Positions 9,611 to 18,169 of a stretch of 64,000 bases of DNA are shown here, piece by piece; position 1 is the stretch's first letter, and each line of letters opens with the position of its first letter. The stretch is from a virus. Lineage: Duplodnaviria; Caudoviricetes. Made by a program: the position numbers and the translations under genes. The stretch is from the IMG/VR virus record IMGVR_UViG_2918843722_000002, positions 4,720 through 68,719 of that record. The stretch is one strand, 5' to 3'. The notes under the pieces are model-generated. The model was not told where the DNA came from. It saw only the letters and a program-made list of their open reading frames with translations, and searched no databases.

Positions 9611-9808
9611 CTATGCCTCGTCAGCGTCAATCGCCGCCAGAAGATCAATGTCTGACTCAGCCAGCGCCGGCCCGAAGTAAGGCTGCATCGGGTTGCGCAT
9701 GATCTGGATTCCGCCGAGGGCCCGTTCATGGCTGCTGAAACTACCCAGCCAACGGTCTCCGGCGTAGAGTCTGCCGTCAATGACGGTCATATCTCGGTTC
9801 CAATTCAT
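9611..9808 (-). CDS. Hypothetical protein
   Basis: GGAG RBS, in operon. Confidence 0.65.
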   Translation of the reverse strand: MNWNRDMTVIDGRLYAGDRWLGSFSSHERALGGIQIMRNPMQPYFGPALAESDIDLLAAIDADEA

Positions 9809-9817
9809 GATTGGCTC

Positions 9818-10750
9818 CTAGTCTGCTTCGACGATTTCGCCGGCAGAATTCAGCGAGTAAAAGACCATCGGTTTCGTTCCCTCCTGACCTACGATCACCG
9901 CCTTGGCATGCACGATTCGGCCGTATTCGTCGCCGTCTGAATCGCTATCCCGATAAACCAGAAATAGCGCGGTACCTTCTACGCCGCGAGCCTTCCCGTA
10001 GAAACCAGATGCCATTGCGGCAGAGTGGCGACCCTCTGCCGTGGCTGCACCGCGGGTGCCGCTTGCCGTGGCTGCACCGCCGGTGCCGCTTGCCGTGGCT
10101 GCACCGCTGTAGCCGCTTGCCGTGGCTGCACCGCTGTAGCCGCTTGCCGTGGCTGCACCGCCGGTGCCGCTTGCCGTGGCTGCACCGCGGGTGCCGCTTG
10201 CCGTGGCTGCACCGCTGTAGCCGCTTGCCGTGGCTGCACCGCCGGTGCCGCTTGCCGTGGCTGCACCGCTGTAGCCGCTTGCCGTGGCTGCACCGCGGGT
10301 GCCGCTTGCCGTGGCTGCACCGCTGTCGCCGCTTGCCGTGGCTGCACCGCCGGTGCCGCTTGCCGTGGCTAGGCCATTTTCTTCAGTGGAGTACGCAGGA
10401 GACTCGGGGTCAATCGGCTTGCAACGAGACATCGTGTATTCGACGGCCGCCTTAATCAGGCCCGCAAGATTCAATTCGACGCCGATCTTGATCTTCGAAC
10501 TGGCAATTTTCGAATCATCGCCGTGACGGCTGATTTGGCCAGATTGTTCAACGGTGAAAAAGCGGCTGCTTGCTGGCGGGTAGTAGCGCAGCACGTCTAG
10601 TGGATATTCACACGCATGGAAACCGCCGGCGCAAGCCTCAACTTTTCCCTTATGCTCAAACGTCTCGCCGGGCGCATATTGAAACCCTCTGCATTGCAGG
10701 TTCGCATCGAAACCCTTGTACGACAGAACCGGTTTTTGATCGTCGCTCAC
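9818..10750 (-). CDS. Phage protein with ATASGxxGA tandem repeats
   Basis: N-terminal SYKGFD..LQCRGFQY...GFHACEYPLDVL domain followed by 12 nine-residue repeats; GTG start with AGGGG RBS. Confidence 0.85.
   Translation of the reverse strand: MSDDQKPVLSYKGFDANLQCRGFQYAPGETFEHKGKVEACAGGFHACEYPLDVLRYYPPASSRFFTVEQSGQISRHGDDSKIASSKIKIGVELNLAGLIKAAVEYTMSRCKPIDPESPAYSTEENGLATASGTGGAATASGDSGAATASGTRGAATASGYSGAATASGTGGAATASGYSGAATASGTRGAATASGTGGAATASGYSGAATASGYSGAATASGTGGAATASGTRGAATAEGRHSAAMASGFYGKARGVEGTALFLVYRDSDSDGDEYGRIVHAKAVIVGQEGTKPMVFYSLNSAGEIVEAD
10037..10370. repeat. 27-bp coding tandem repeat, 12 full units plus a partial unit
   Basis: TGCCGTGGCTGCACCG-N5-GCCGCT unit at an exact 27-bp period from 10037 to 10361. 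Confidence 0.97.
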
Positions 10751-11311
10751 TTTGATCCCCTTTCTTTCTTACGCCGTAGCGCATAGTTGTCCTAACAGGC
10801 TTCCGCACGACGCGGCACGCGGGTTGTTTGATCAGCCGCCTAGCGGGCGGCATCCCCTTTCGCTATGGCCAAACGGCCAGTGAAATGCCCCATATCCAGG
10901 GGCGGGAGTTCAGTGCTCAGAAGAACGCACTACGCTATGCATGGAAGCTCTCTACTGGTGTTTCCTGCCGTAAGAACCGGGGCTAAGATCCACCGGGCCA
11001 GCAGGCCTTACGCCGAGTTACTTTGCAGGGAATGCAATGCGCTCATCTGAAGACTGCTATCCACGCCGGCCGCTGCTACACCCTTGTTATCGGCTCAGGG
11101 TCCGGCGTGGTTTGATCCGTCTCGCAGCGTTCCTCAGATTTCTGTCCGGTAGCCATACTTCGGCCTAGCGCGGTTCGTCTGTGCTGCGTATCGCCCGACA
11201 TTCGATCGGGGCGCCGGAGCGGGTCCACAAGGGAGGCTCCGGTTCTTCGGTTGTTAATGAACAAACCGCGGTCCAACTCTGTTGGGGCGGGTACTTCTAC
11301 TGCTACTGCTT

Positions 11312-11422
11312 TGGTGGAATCGGGCCGGAGGTGAATAACCCGGCTTGTGGTCCGCGACCCGGAAGACACCACGCTCTCCGCATCTCTTCGTTGCGCAGTC
11401 ACCACCTGCGCATTCCGATTCC
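11312..11422 (-). ncRNA. tRNA-like cloverleaf RNA ending in ACCA, no canonical anticodon loop
   Basis: GGAATCGG/CCGATTCC 8-bp acceptor plus ACCA; GCGCAG/CTGCGC arm; GAAGA/TCTTC arm; GGTC/GACC arm; GCCGG/CCGGC T-position arm. Confidence 0.7.
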
Positions 11423-11423
11423 A

Positions 11424-11612
11424 TCAAAACAGTTCCAGAATCCTTTTTGCGTTAGCTATCGCTATCTCTATCGCCTCAAAATCTGCTTCTCTTACTGCGT
11501 CTTCTTTCGCCTTATCTGCCAGCCACTCAAGTGTGTGAATCGCTGTTCGGCGGTCATTGGGAAAGTGGTGCCGTACCTCGTGGCACCACCGCAAACAAAG
11601 CGTTGCGTTCAC
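11424..11612 (-). CDS. Hypothetical early protein
   Basis: Coupled to the upstream ORF by a GTGA/ATG overlap. Confidence 0.6.
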   Translation of the reverse strand: MNATLCLRWCHEVRHHFPNDRRTAIHTLEWLADKAKEDAVREADFEAIEIAIANAKRILELF

Positions 11613-11764
11613 GCCGCTGCTTTGGCGCGCAGAGCGTCATACAGCTCGCCAGCGATCTTCAGGTAGGCACCTTCGCCGAACACCGCGTCAATCGCTTGAT
11701 CGATGGTCTTGCCTTTTGCGACTTCGGCCAGGATGCGTGCGCTGATGATTTGGTTCTTGCTCAT
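11609..11764 (-). CDS. First gene of the leftward early operon (51 aa)
   Basis: AAGGGG RBS; MSKNQIISARILAEVAKGKTIDQAIDAVFGEGAY... Confidence 0.65.
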   Translation of the reverse strand: MSKNQIISARILAEVAKGKTIDQAIDAVFGEGAYLKIAGELYDALRAKAAA

Positions 11765-11825
11765 CTCGTCCCCCTTCGTCCGGTGGTGAGTGGTGGTGCG
11801 GTGGTGCTTGGTATGGAGAGAATCA

Positions 11826-11864
11826 TAGACCTTTTTGGTCTACGCTGCACACCTTTTTGATGTG
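11826..11864 (-). promoter_or_regulatory. OL/PL: two 17-bp operators overlapping the leftward promoter
   Basis: TAGACC-TTTTT-GGTCTA (11826-11842) and variant CACACC-TTTTT-GATGTG (11848-11864); -10 TATGAT on the minus strand. Confidence 0.8.
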
Positions 11865-11927
11865 TGACCAATGAAAAAGATATTTATCGAGGATGCGTGT
11901 TTGATAGCACGAATCGAAACGGACGAG

Positions 11928-11951
11928 AAAAAGCCCGCGCGCGGCGGGCTT
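11928..11951 (-). terminator. Rho-independent terminator of the cI transcript
   Basis: AAGCCCGC/GCGGGCTT hairpin followed by a T-run on the minus strand. Confidence 0.75.
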
Positions 11952-11973
11952 GGCATGGGACGGAAACGTTTGC

Positions 11974-12147
11974 TTATTTGTTCGAATAAGCAGCTATCGC
12001 TCTGCCTGCCATGAGTAGGTGGTACGAGATTGTATCGAGCAGATGGTCCGGGATCGGCTGCTGCACTGGTTTTGATTGCTTCTCGGCGGATCGAGTTCTG
12101 TACTTTGACATGTCGATGACCGCGCTACTTCCTGTTCTTTCGTTCAC
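11974..12147 (-). CDS. Small protein downstream of and overlapping cI
   Basis: GTG start inside the cI 3' end with GAGG RBS. Confidence 0.5.
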   Translation of the reverse strand: MNERTGSSAVIDMSKYRTRSAEKQSKPVQQPIPDHLLDTISYHLLMAGRAIAAYSNK

Positions 12148-12619
12148 TGTTGGCCCCCGAGGTATCGGAATGCGCGGGACCAAGATGTTGCTCTAGTTCT
12201 GCCAGCATTTGGGACCGCACGGAGCCAGTCTGCAACTCAGCGGCTGCGGAGGAAAGTAAGAGTAAACCCTGATGTAAGGCAAATGTCTTGCGGGCCAGAT
12301 CCCCAAGTCCGTCCAGGCGCTCGACACACAGAATCAAACTTTTTGCTTCATCGCTCAGAGGGGTGAAATCCTCTTTGATCGAAGATTTAACAATGTGCTC
12401 ATGATCGAGCCACCCCTCCTCTTTGCCATACGCCTGCTCTATTCGGCGAGCTATCTCATCCCCAATTCCTCGGACCGCGTTAGGTCCGATGATCGAGTTC
12501 ACCTGCTGGTTGGACATCGGTTTTTCCGACACCTCGCTGATTTTGCGAGCGAACTCAGCCGGCCCGTCGGACGCTAGCGCGCGGGCGTTTTCATATCGTA
12601 TTTGCCTGCACGTTTTCAT
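12125..12619 (-). CDS. cI: CI-like repressor (HTH, no S24 peptidase domain)
   Basis: IRYENARAL...AEFARKI...QQVNSII...IGDEIARRIE...GWLD XRE pattern; divergent from cro; probably leaderless (TTTATC-17-TAACTT ends 6 nt before ATG). Confidence 0.8.
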   Translation of the reverse strand: MKTCRQIRYENARALASDGPAEFARKISEVSEKPMSNQQVNSIIGPNAVRGIGDEIARRIEQAYGKEEGWLDHEHIVKSSIKEDFTPLSDEAKSLILCVERLDGLGDLARKTFALHQGLLLLSSAAAELQTGSVRSQMLAELEQHLGPAHSDTSGANSERKNRK

Positions 12620-12653
12620 GCCCCGAAGTTACCCGCATGGAACAAATTGATAA

Positions 12654-12696
12654 ACATCCAAAAAGGTTTGCTGCGTAGACCTTTTTGGTCTATCAT
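12654..12696 (+). promoter_or_regulatory. OR/PR: two operators and the rightward promoter
   Basis: TAGACCTTTTTGGTCTA at 12676-12692, identical to OL; variant at 12654-12670; TTGCTG-17-TATCAT. Confidence 0.8.
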
Positions 12697-12729
12697 GAAA
12701 CCACGATCAAAACACTTACCGGTAGCCAC

Positions 12730-13020
12730 ATGGACCTTCGCACCTACTTTTTGCAAACCAAGCCGGCTGAGCGCAAGGCGTTCGCCGAGAAGCTCGGTGT
12801 GCACATTGACTACCTGTATCACTGCTCGCGCGGCGAACGCAAGCCGGGAAACAAGCTCTGCAAATTGATCGTGGAACTGGATCCTCGCTTCACGCTTGCG
12901 GAACTCCGCCCTGACATCTGGGGAAACGGTATCGAGGCCGTCGCGGCACGAGATGACGCCCAGCCGAACCCGGGCGGCACTTCGAGCCGAAAGACGAAAC
13001 AAGCCAAAAGAAAGCTGTAA
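12730..13020 (+). CDS. cro: Cro/YdaS-like regulator
   Basis: MDLRTY...RKAFAEKLGVHIDYLY...GERKP...AELRPDIW. Confidence 0.85.
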   Translation: MDLRTYFLQTKPAERKAFAEKLGVHIDYLYHCSRGERKPGNKLCKLIVELDPRFTLAELRPDIWGNGIEAVAARDDAQPNPGGTSSRKTKQAKRKL

Positions 13021-13134
13021 GGGGTGCATAAATTTTTGCTGCAAAGGGATGAGCGAATCATCCCTTTTTTGGAGCCACAAGGGATAGTCAACCGATGGCA
13101 ACGAGCAGCAAACGTTCGCAAAAGGACCATTGCA

Positions 13135-13494
13135 ATGCAGCGAGAAATGCCGTTCCTGACACAGATAAAAGACATGGAAAACGCACCTGACGAGCTCATT
13201 AAGAAGTGTCGCCACGGACTAGATGCCATCCGGCTCTGTATCCAGCTATCCGGCCACACGCACGAATTCTTGTGCGACGAGTTGAACATAGACAAGGGTC
13301 ACTTCAGCCGAATCATGCAGGGCAAAGCATGGTTTCCGGACACGAAGCGGATCGAGCTTATGAATCTTTGCGGAAACCGTGCGCCCGCCCAGTTCGACGC
13401 GCTGATGACTGGCTGCGAGCTAGTCGAACTTTCCAAGGACGCAAAGATTCGTGAACTTGAGGCGCAATTGGCTGCGCTGAGGACGGCGGCATGA
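13135..13494 (+). CDS. CII-like/XRE transcriptional regulator
   Basis: LCDELNIDKGHFSRIMQG HTH; position after cro; AAAGGA upstream. Confidence 0.7.
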   Translation: MQREMPFLTQIKDMENAPDELIKKCRHGLDAIRLCIQLSGHTHEFLCDELNIDKGHFSRIMQGKAWFPDTKRIELMNLCGNRAPAQFDALMTGCELVELSKDAKIRELEAQLAALRTAA

Positions 13495-14285
13495 AACGAA
13501 TCGTCATGCAGCCAGGCGAGGTTTGGGGCCGACTGACTGTGATCCGTGAAGAAGGCAAGCGCGCGCTTTGCCGTTGCGTGTGCGGAGCGGAAGGCTGGTT
13601 CCAGCGCGTCCACTTGCGAAGTGGGCACACGCAAAGCTGCGGTTGTTATCACCGCGAGCGTATGCGCATCAGCAAAAACAAGAAACATGGCATGTCGGGA
13701 AGGCCCACCTATATATCGTGGAGCAGCGCGAAGGGGCGCTGTACCAATCCGTTCGATAAGTGCTATGCGGAATATGGCGGTCGCGGCATCGTCATGTGTG
13801 ACCGCTGGATCAATTCATTTGAGAACTTTCTCTCTGATATGGGAGAGAAGCCGGCCGGCATGACGCTCGAGCGACGGGATGTTAACGGCCCCTACTCGCC
13901 TGAGAACTGCGAATGGGCCACGCCGCTTGAGCAGACTCGGAATCGCCGAATCACGATCAGCGTTGAGTATCGGGGAGTCTCAAAGACGCTTGGCGAATGG
14001 TGTGATGAGCTTGGTCTGGTCTACATCAGTGCACATCAAATGCTCAGATTCGGCAAGTCAGTCGAATACGCGTTCGCCAATGCAAGACGCCGCGGCGAAA
14101 CGGGCAAGCGACCGAATTACAACGCGCTTATCACGGCGGAAACCGCGTATGCCATTTTTGCGGATACGCGCCGAAACTTCGAAATCGCTATCGCCTACGG
14201 CGTTTCTCAAGCGACGGTGTGGAACATAAAGGCTGGCCGGAGCTGGCGAAATTCAATTGAACGTTACATGCGAGAAGCAGCATGA
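13491..14285 (+). CDS. HNH-type endonuclease-like protein, paralogous to 3784-4422
   Basis: WGRLTV...CRCVCG...SCGC, RC.NP....Y..YGGRGI.MCDRW, TLERRDVNGPYSPENCEWAT. Confidence 0.85.
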   Translation: MKRIVMQPGEVWGRLTVIREEGKRALCRCVCGAEGWFQRVHLRSGHTQSCGCYHRERMRISKNKKHGMSGRPTYISWSSAKGRCTNPFDKCYAEYGGRGIVMCDRWINSFENFLSDMGEKPAGMTLERRDVNGPYSPENCEWATPLEQTRNRRITISVEYRGVSKTLGEWCDELGLVYISAHQMLRFGKSVEYAFANARRRGETGKRPNYNALITAETAYAIFADTRRNFEIAIAYGVSQATVWNIKAGRSWRNSIERYMREAA

Positions 14286-14452
14286 ACCTCCACCAACACG
14301 ACGAATACCAGCAAGCCCAATGGGACGCGTATCAGGCCCGCCAGAACGTTTCCCTGAAGGATCGTGTTGTGGCATCGCCCGTCACGTTCGGGATCTGTCT
14401 GGCGGTGCTGTGTGCGCTGCCGGTGGTGATTCTTTGGGTGAAGTTCGCATGA
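14282..14452 (+). CDS. Small membrane protein (56 aa)
   Basis: ATGA-coupled at both ends; C-terminal hydrophobic helix. Confidence 0.5.
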   Translation: MNLHQHDEYQQAQWDAYQARQNVSLKDRVVASPVTFGICLAVLCALPVVILWVKFA

Positions 14453-14670
14453 AGCGATTCTCCAAGGCAGAGATGAGTCTCTCGCGGGCGATTGCCGCGA
14501 TCAAGGTGCCCGCCGACGTATTTCCGATCGCCGATCGGGACCTCGCTGCGCTATCCGAGTTGCTGCACCGTATGACGCTGTGTCAGGAAGACACGCCGGC
14601 AACGCGCATGGCCGGCGAGGCTATTCGGAGACTCCGGGCTTATTTGCTGAAGGTTGGTGCTCAAAGATGA
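14449..14670 (+). CDS. Hypothetical protein
   Basis: ATGA-coupled. Confidence 0.55.
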   Translation: MKRFSKAEMSLSRAIAAIKVPADVFPIADRDLAALSELLHRMTLCQEDTPATRMAGEAIRRLRAYLLKVGAQR

Positions 14671-14774
14671 GAACGGCGCTCAAGCGATCACTGATGTGGC
14701 TTGTGTGCCGCGCTATATGGCTCAAGCCGGTGGTCGACTGGGCTTTTAAGTTGTTTGACCTGAAGGGGCTGTGA
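14667..14774 (+). CDS. Small hypothetical peptide
   Basis: ATGA-coupled; ends immediately before the initiator gene. Confidence 0.4.
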   Translation: MRTALKRSLMWLVCRAIWLKPVVDWAFKLFDLKGL

Positions 14775-15467
14775 GTGGCCGGGGATTGGATCAAGATGAG
14801 AATTGCTTTGGCGGATGACCCCGCAGTCATTTCTATTGCTGCGCGTCTGTCGGTTGACGAGTTCACCGTGGTGGGCATGTTGCATCACCTCTGGGGATGG
14901 GCTGATACGCAGTCACGCGATGGTCACGCCCCCGGCGTGACAAATGTCTGGATAGATCGGTACGTTCGTCACGTCGGATTCGCCGAAGCGATGGTTTCCG
15001 TTGGATGGCTGGAGATAGACGAGTCCGGCGTGACATTCCCGAACTTTGACAGACACAACGGCGAAAGCGCCAAGGCGCGGGGCTTAGCGGCGGAAAGAAA
15101 GAGAAACCAGAGAAGCAGAGTCACGGAAGATGATGGACAAATGTCACGGTCTGAGCGTGACAAAAGCGTGACCAGAGAAGAGAAGAGAAGAGAAGAAGAT
15201 AAAGAAAGCACTCCGAACGCTTCGCGTCCGAAATCTCGCAAGACTGCGATGCCCGAAGACTTTAGCGTCAGCGATCGCGTCGAGTCATGGGCAGTCGAGA
15301 ACGGCTACGAATTTCTTGACGAGCATCTGGCGTCATTCAGACGGAAGGTCGCAGCGAACGGTTACAAGTACGTCGATTGGGATTCTGCGTTCATGGAAGC
15401 GATACGCGGAGATTGGGCAAAAATCAACGGCAGGCCGAAAGGCAATACTCCGGGGTTGGTACTGTGA
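14775..15467 (+). CDS. Replication initiator (lambda O-like)
   Basis: MAGDWIKMR...VVGMLHHLWGWAD winged-helix N-terminus; internal iteron/A-rich tract; position before the helicase. Confidence 0.8.
   Translation: MAGDWIKMRIALADDPAVISIAARLSVDEFTVVGMLHHLWGWADTQSRDGHAPGVTNVWIDRYVRHVGFAEAMVSVGWLEIDESGVTFPNFDRHNGESAKARGLAAERKRNQRSRVTEDDGQMSRSERDKSVTREEKRREEDKESTPNASRPKSRKTAMPEDFSVSDRVESWAVENGYEFLDEHLASFRRKVAANGYKYVDWDSAFMEAIRGDWAKINGRPKGNTPGLVL
14911..15210. repeat. Putative origin: GTCACG/CGTGAC iterons and AGAAG purine tract inside the initiator gene
   Basis: At least 8 GTCACG or CGTGAC hexamers between 14911 and 15173, followed by an AGAAG-repeat tract. Confidence 0.6.
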
Positions 15468-17197
15468 AAACATTCATAGATTTCGGAATCGATTTGGGCA
15501 GCAAAAGCGGCGTCGAAGTTAAAACGACGTGCCCGCAATGCTCGTCAGGCCGGAAGAAAAAGAACTATCCATGCCTAAACGTCAACACGGAACAAGGCGT
15601 TTGGAACTGCTGGCATTGCGGCTGGAGCGGTACTCTGAAGGGCGGCGAATGGCAAAAACCAGAAGTGCGTAAGGTCTACACGAGACCTGCATTTGCTGCG
15701 CCAGCTCAAGTTCCTGACGGAACCGTCGCATGGTTCAAGACACGTGGCATCGATGCTGCGGCGCTTGAGCGGAACAAGATCGCTAAGGGTTTGACTTACT
15801 TTCCCCAAGTCGAGGAAGAGCGGGACTGCATCATGTTCCCGTACTACCGCGGCGAAGAAGTCGTCAACATAAAGTACCGCAGCAAAGACAAGATGTTCCG
15901 CATGGCATCCGGCGCCGAGCGCATCCTATACGGAATCAATGACATCGATCCCGAAGGACTGATCTGGGTCGAGGGCGAAATCGACAAGCTGTCGGTCGAG
16001 ATGGCCGGCCTGACGAGTTGCGTGTCTGTGCCAGATGGTGCCCCGGCCGCCGACTCGAAGTCGTACAGCAACAAATTCGACTTTCTCGCAGAGAAGGCTC
16101 TCGAGGATGTGAAGGTGCACATCATCGCTGTCGACAACGACGAGCCCGGTGTTCGCCTTCAGGAAGAATTGGTGCGCCGCCTCGGTCGCGAGAAATGCCT
16201 GATCGTCGTGTGGCCTGAACACTGCAAAGACGCCAACGAGGTTTTGCTGACGCATGGCCCAGACGTCCTGCTCGACTGCATCAAGAACGCCCGTGCGTTG
16301 CCGATTGAAGGCACATACAGCGTCAACGACATTATCGAATCGATCTTCAACGACTACGAATACGGCCCCGAATGCGGCGTGTCGACAAGCTGGGCAGAAA
16401 TGGACGACACGTATCGCGTCATGACCGGCGAATGGACGCTCGTAACGGGCATCCCTGGGCATGGCAAATCGGAGTGGTTGGACGCCCTAGCCCTGAATCT
16501 GGCGAACCACTACGGCTGGAATTTTGGGATTTTCTCGCCGGAAAATCAGCCGCTCAAGTACCACGTCGAGAAGATGGCGGAAAAGTTCGTCGGCAAGCCA
16601 TTCATGGAAGGGTTCACGGATCGTATGTCGTTCAAGGAGATGAGCGAAGCGCTGAAGTTCATCAACGATCACTTCCATTTCATGCTGCCCGACTATCCGA
16701 CCGTCGACGGCTTGCTCGAGATATCTCAACAACTGGTCTTTCGCCACGGTATCCGGGGTTTGATTATCGACCCATGGAACGAGATAAACCCGGCCCGCGA
16801 TGGCAACGTCACTGAGACGGACTACATCAGCCAGGCTCTGACGAAGATCCGTACATTCGCGCGCCGCAATCAGGTTCACGTATGGCTAGTCGCTCACCCA
16901 ACGAAGCTGCAGAAGGATAAGACGACCGGCGCCTATCCGGTTCCGACGCCGTATGACGTCAGCGGATCGGCTCACTGGCGAAACAAGGCGGACAACTGCA
17001 TCACCGTCTATCGAGATGTTGTGCAGGCTGGCTCGCCCGTGCAGGTTCATGTTCAGAAGGTCCGGAAAAAGACAAACGGCAAGGTCGGCATGGTCGAGTT
17101 CGACTACGACCATATCTGCGGCAGATATAAGCCATACAAGAAGAGCGTCCTACCGAACACGTATTCGATGCATCACCGTAAGAAGGAGGCCGCATGA
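15464..17197 (+). CDS. Bifunctional primase-helicase (T7 gp4/Twinkle-like)
   Basis: CPQC...C..CG zinc finger, TOPRIM WVEGEIDKLS and AVDNDEPG, Walker A GIPGHGKS, LIIDPWN, VAHPTK. Confidence 0.92.
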   Translation: MKTFIDFGIDLGSKSGVEVKTTCPQCSSGRKKKNYPCLNVNTEQGVWNCWHCGWSGTLKGGEWQKPEVRKVYTRPAFAAPAQVPDGTVAWFKTRGIDAAALERNKIAKGLTYFPQVEEERDCIMFPYYRGEEVVNIKYRSKDKMFRMASGAERILYGINDIDPEGLIWVEGEIDKLSVEMAGLTSCVSVPDGAPAADSKSYSNKFDFLAEKALEDVKVHIIAVDNDEPGVRLQEELVRRLGREKCLIVVWPEHCKDANEVLLTHGPDVLLDCIKNARALPIEGTYSVNDIIESIFNDYEYGPECGVSTSWAEMDDTYRVMTGEWTLVTGIPGHGKSEWLDALALNLANHYGWNFGIFSPENQPLKYHVEKMAEKFVGKPFMEGFTDRMSFKEMSEALKFINDHFHFMLPDYPTVDGLLEISQQLVFRHGIRGLIIDPWNEINPARDGNVTETDYISQALTKIRTFARRNQVHVWLVAHPTKLQKDKTTGAYPVPTPYDVSGSAHWRNKADNCITVYRDVVQAGSPVQVHVQKVRKKTNGKVGMVEFDYDHICGRYKPYKKSVLPNTYSMHHRKKEAA

Positions 17198-17565
17198 GCA
17201 TTGACGATCTGATCGCAGACATTCGAGCCACTTTTCCGGGGGTCAAGGCGATGAAGCGGGAATCATGTACTGGAGGCGAACGCTGGATGATTGGCGCTGA
17301 ACAGGCGACGTCATTTCCAGACGGTTTGTCGGTGTTCTGCGACTGCGCCGGATGCTTCGAATCCGGCACCCACGACGGCGGCGTTCACTTGGCTTTTGCT
17401 GCTTGGATTGAAAACCGCGGCTTCTATCTAGAGCGTGAGGACGAGTTCTGGTTTGTGCCGACGGGTATGCCTATCGCAGAAGAGATAGCTGAGTGGCACG
17501 CGGCATATGCAATCGCACACGTTAGGCAGGCGGCCGATCCCAACGATGACGGGTTGCCCTTCTGA
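17194..17565 (+). CDS. Hypothetical protein
   Basis: ATGA-coupled with AAGGAGG RBS. Confidence 0.7.
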   Translation: MSIDDLIADIRATFPGVKAMKRESCTGGERWMIGAEQATSFPDGLSVFCDCAGCFESGTHDGGVHLAFAAWIENRGFYLEREDEFWFVPTGMPIAEEIAEWHAAYAIAHVRQAADPNDDGLPF

Positions 17566-17743
17566 TGATCAACGATCCGCAGAGACTTCGAGAGGTTATC
17601 GAGGAGATTTCAGAGTGGCCGCTGGACAGACGAAGACGGTACATCGCCAGCATCGGGCAGGCATTCGGCGAAGCGGCAGCGCAGCAGATACGGGACGGGC
17701 TCACGCGATTGTGGGCTGAGAGAAACAAGTAAGGGGTGATGGG

Positions 17744-18169
17744 ATGAACCAGATAGCAAATAGCGCGCTTAGTAGTGCGAATGGCAGGCAGGAGGGCAAC
17801 ACCAGAGGCCCGGCGTCAAAAGCAAACGAACGCATCGAAGCCATTGCAGCGGCGATGCAACAACACGGGCCGCTGTCCGTTCCGCGCCTCGTCGCATTGA
17901 CCGGCTGGAGCCGTCAGACCATCGCCACGCAACTCGTCAAGTCGACCGACCGCTTCGAAAAGATCAGCGAGCACTGCTTCTCTGTAGGTGCATCTATCCC
18001 GGCGACATATTACCTGGCGGGAAAGCTTGCGGGCGAGGACGAGGAAGCACTTGACCGTATTGAAGACGAAAGATGTCGCAGTTTTGAGGGTTGGCCGAAA
18101 GCCGACGACCTGGTTATCTCAACCATTAACGCAATGATCAAATCAGGAGCACAAGCATGGCAGCGGTGA
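17744..18169 (+). CDS. Putative winged-HTH protein
   Basis: [25 protein letters not shown]-like segment. Confidence 0.55.
   Translation: MNQIANSALSSANGRQEGNTRGPASKANERIEAIAAAMQQHGPLSVPRLVALTGWSRQTIATQLVKSTDRFEKISEHCFSVGASIPATYYLAGKLAGEDEEALDRIEDERCRSFEGWPKADDLVISTINAMIKSGAQAWQR

Noticed and set aside
10037-10370. CRISPR-like array
   Set aside because: The variable part is only ~5 nt and recurs, the period is 27 bp (9 codons) in frame within an ORF, and there are no cas genes
11312-11422. True tRNA-Sec
   Set aside because: The 8/5 geometry fits, but there is no TCA anticodon loop and no TTCRA T-loop
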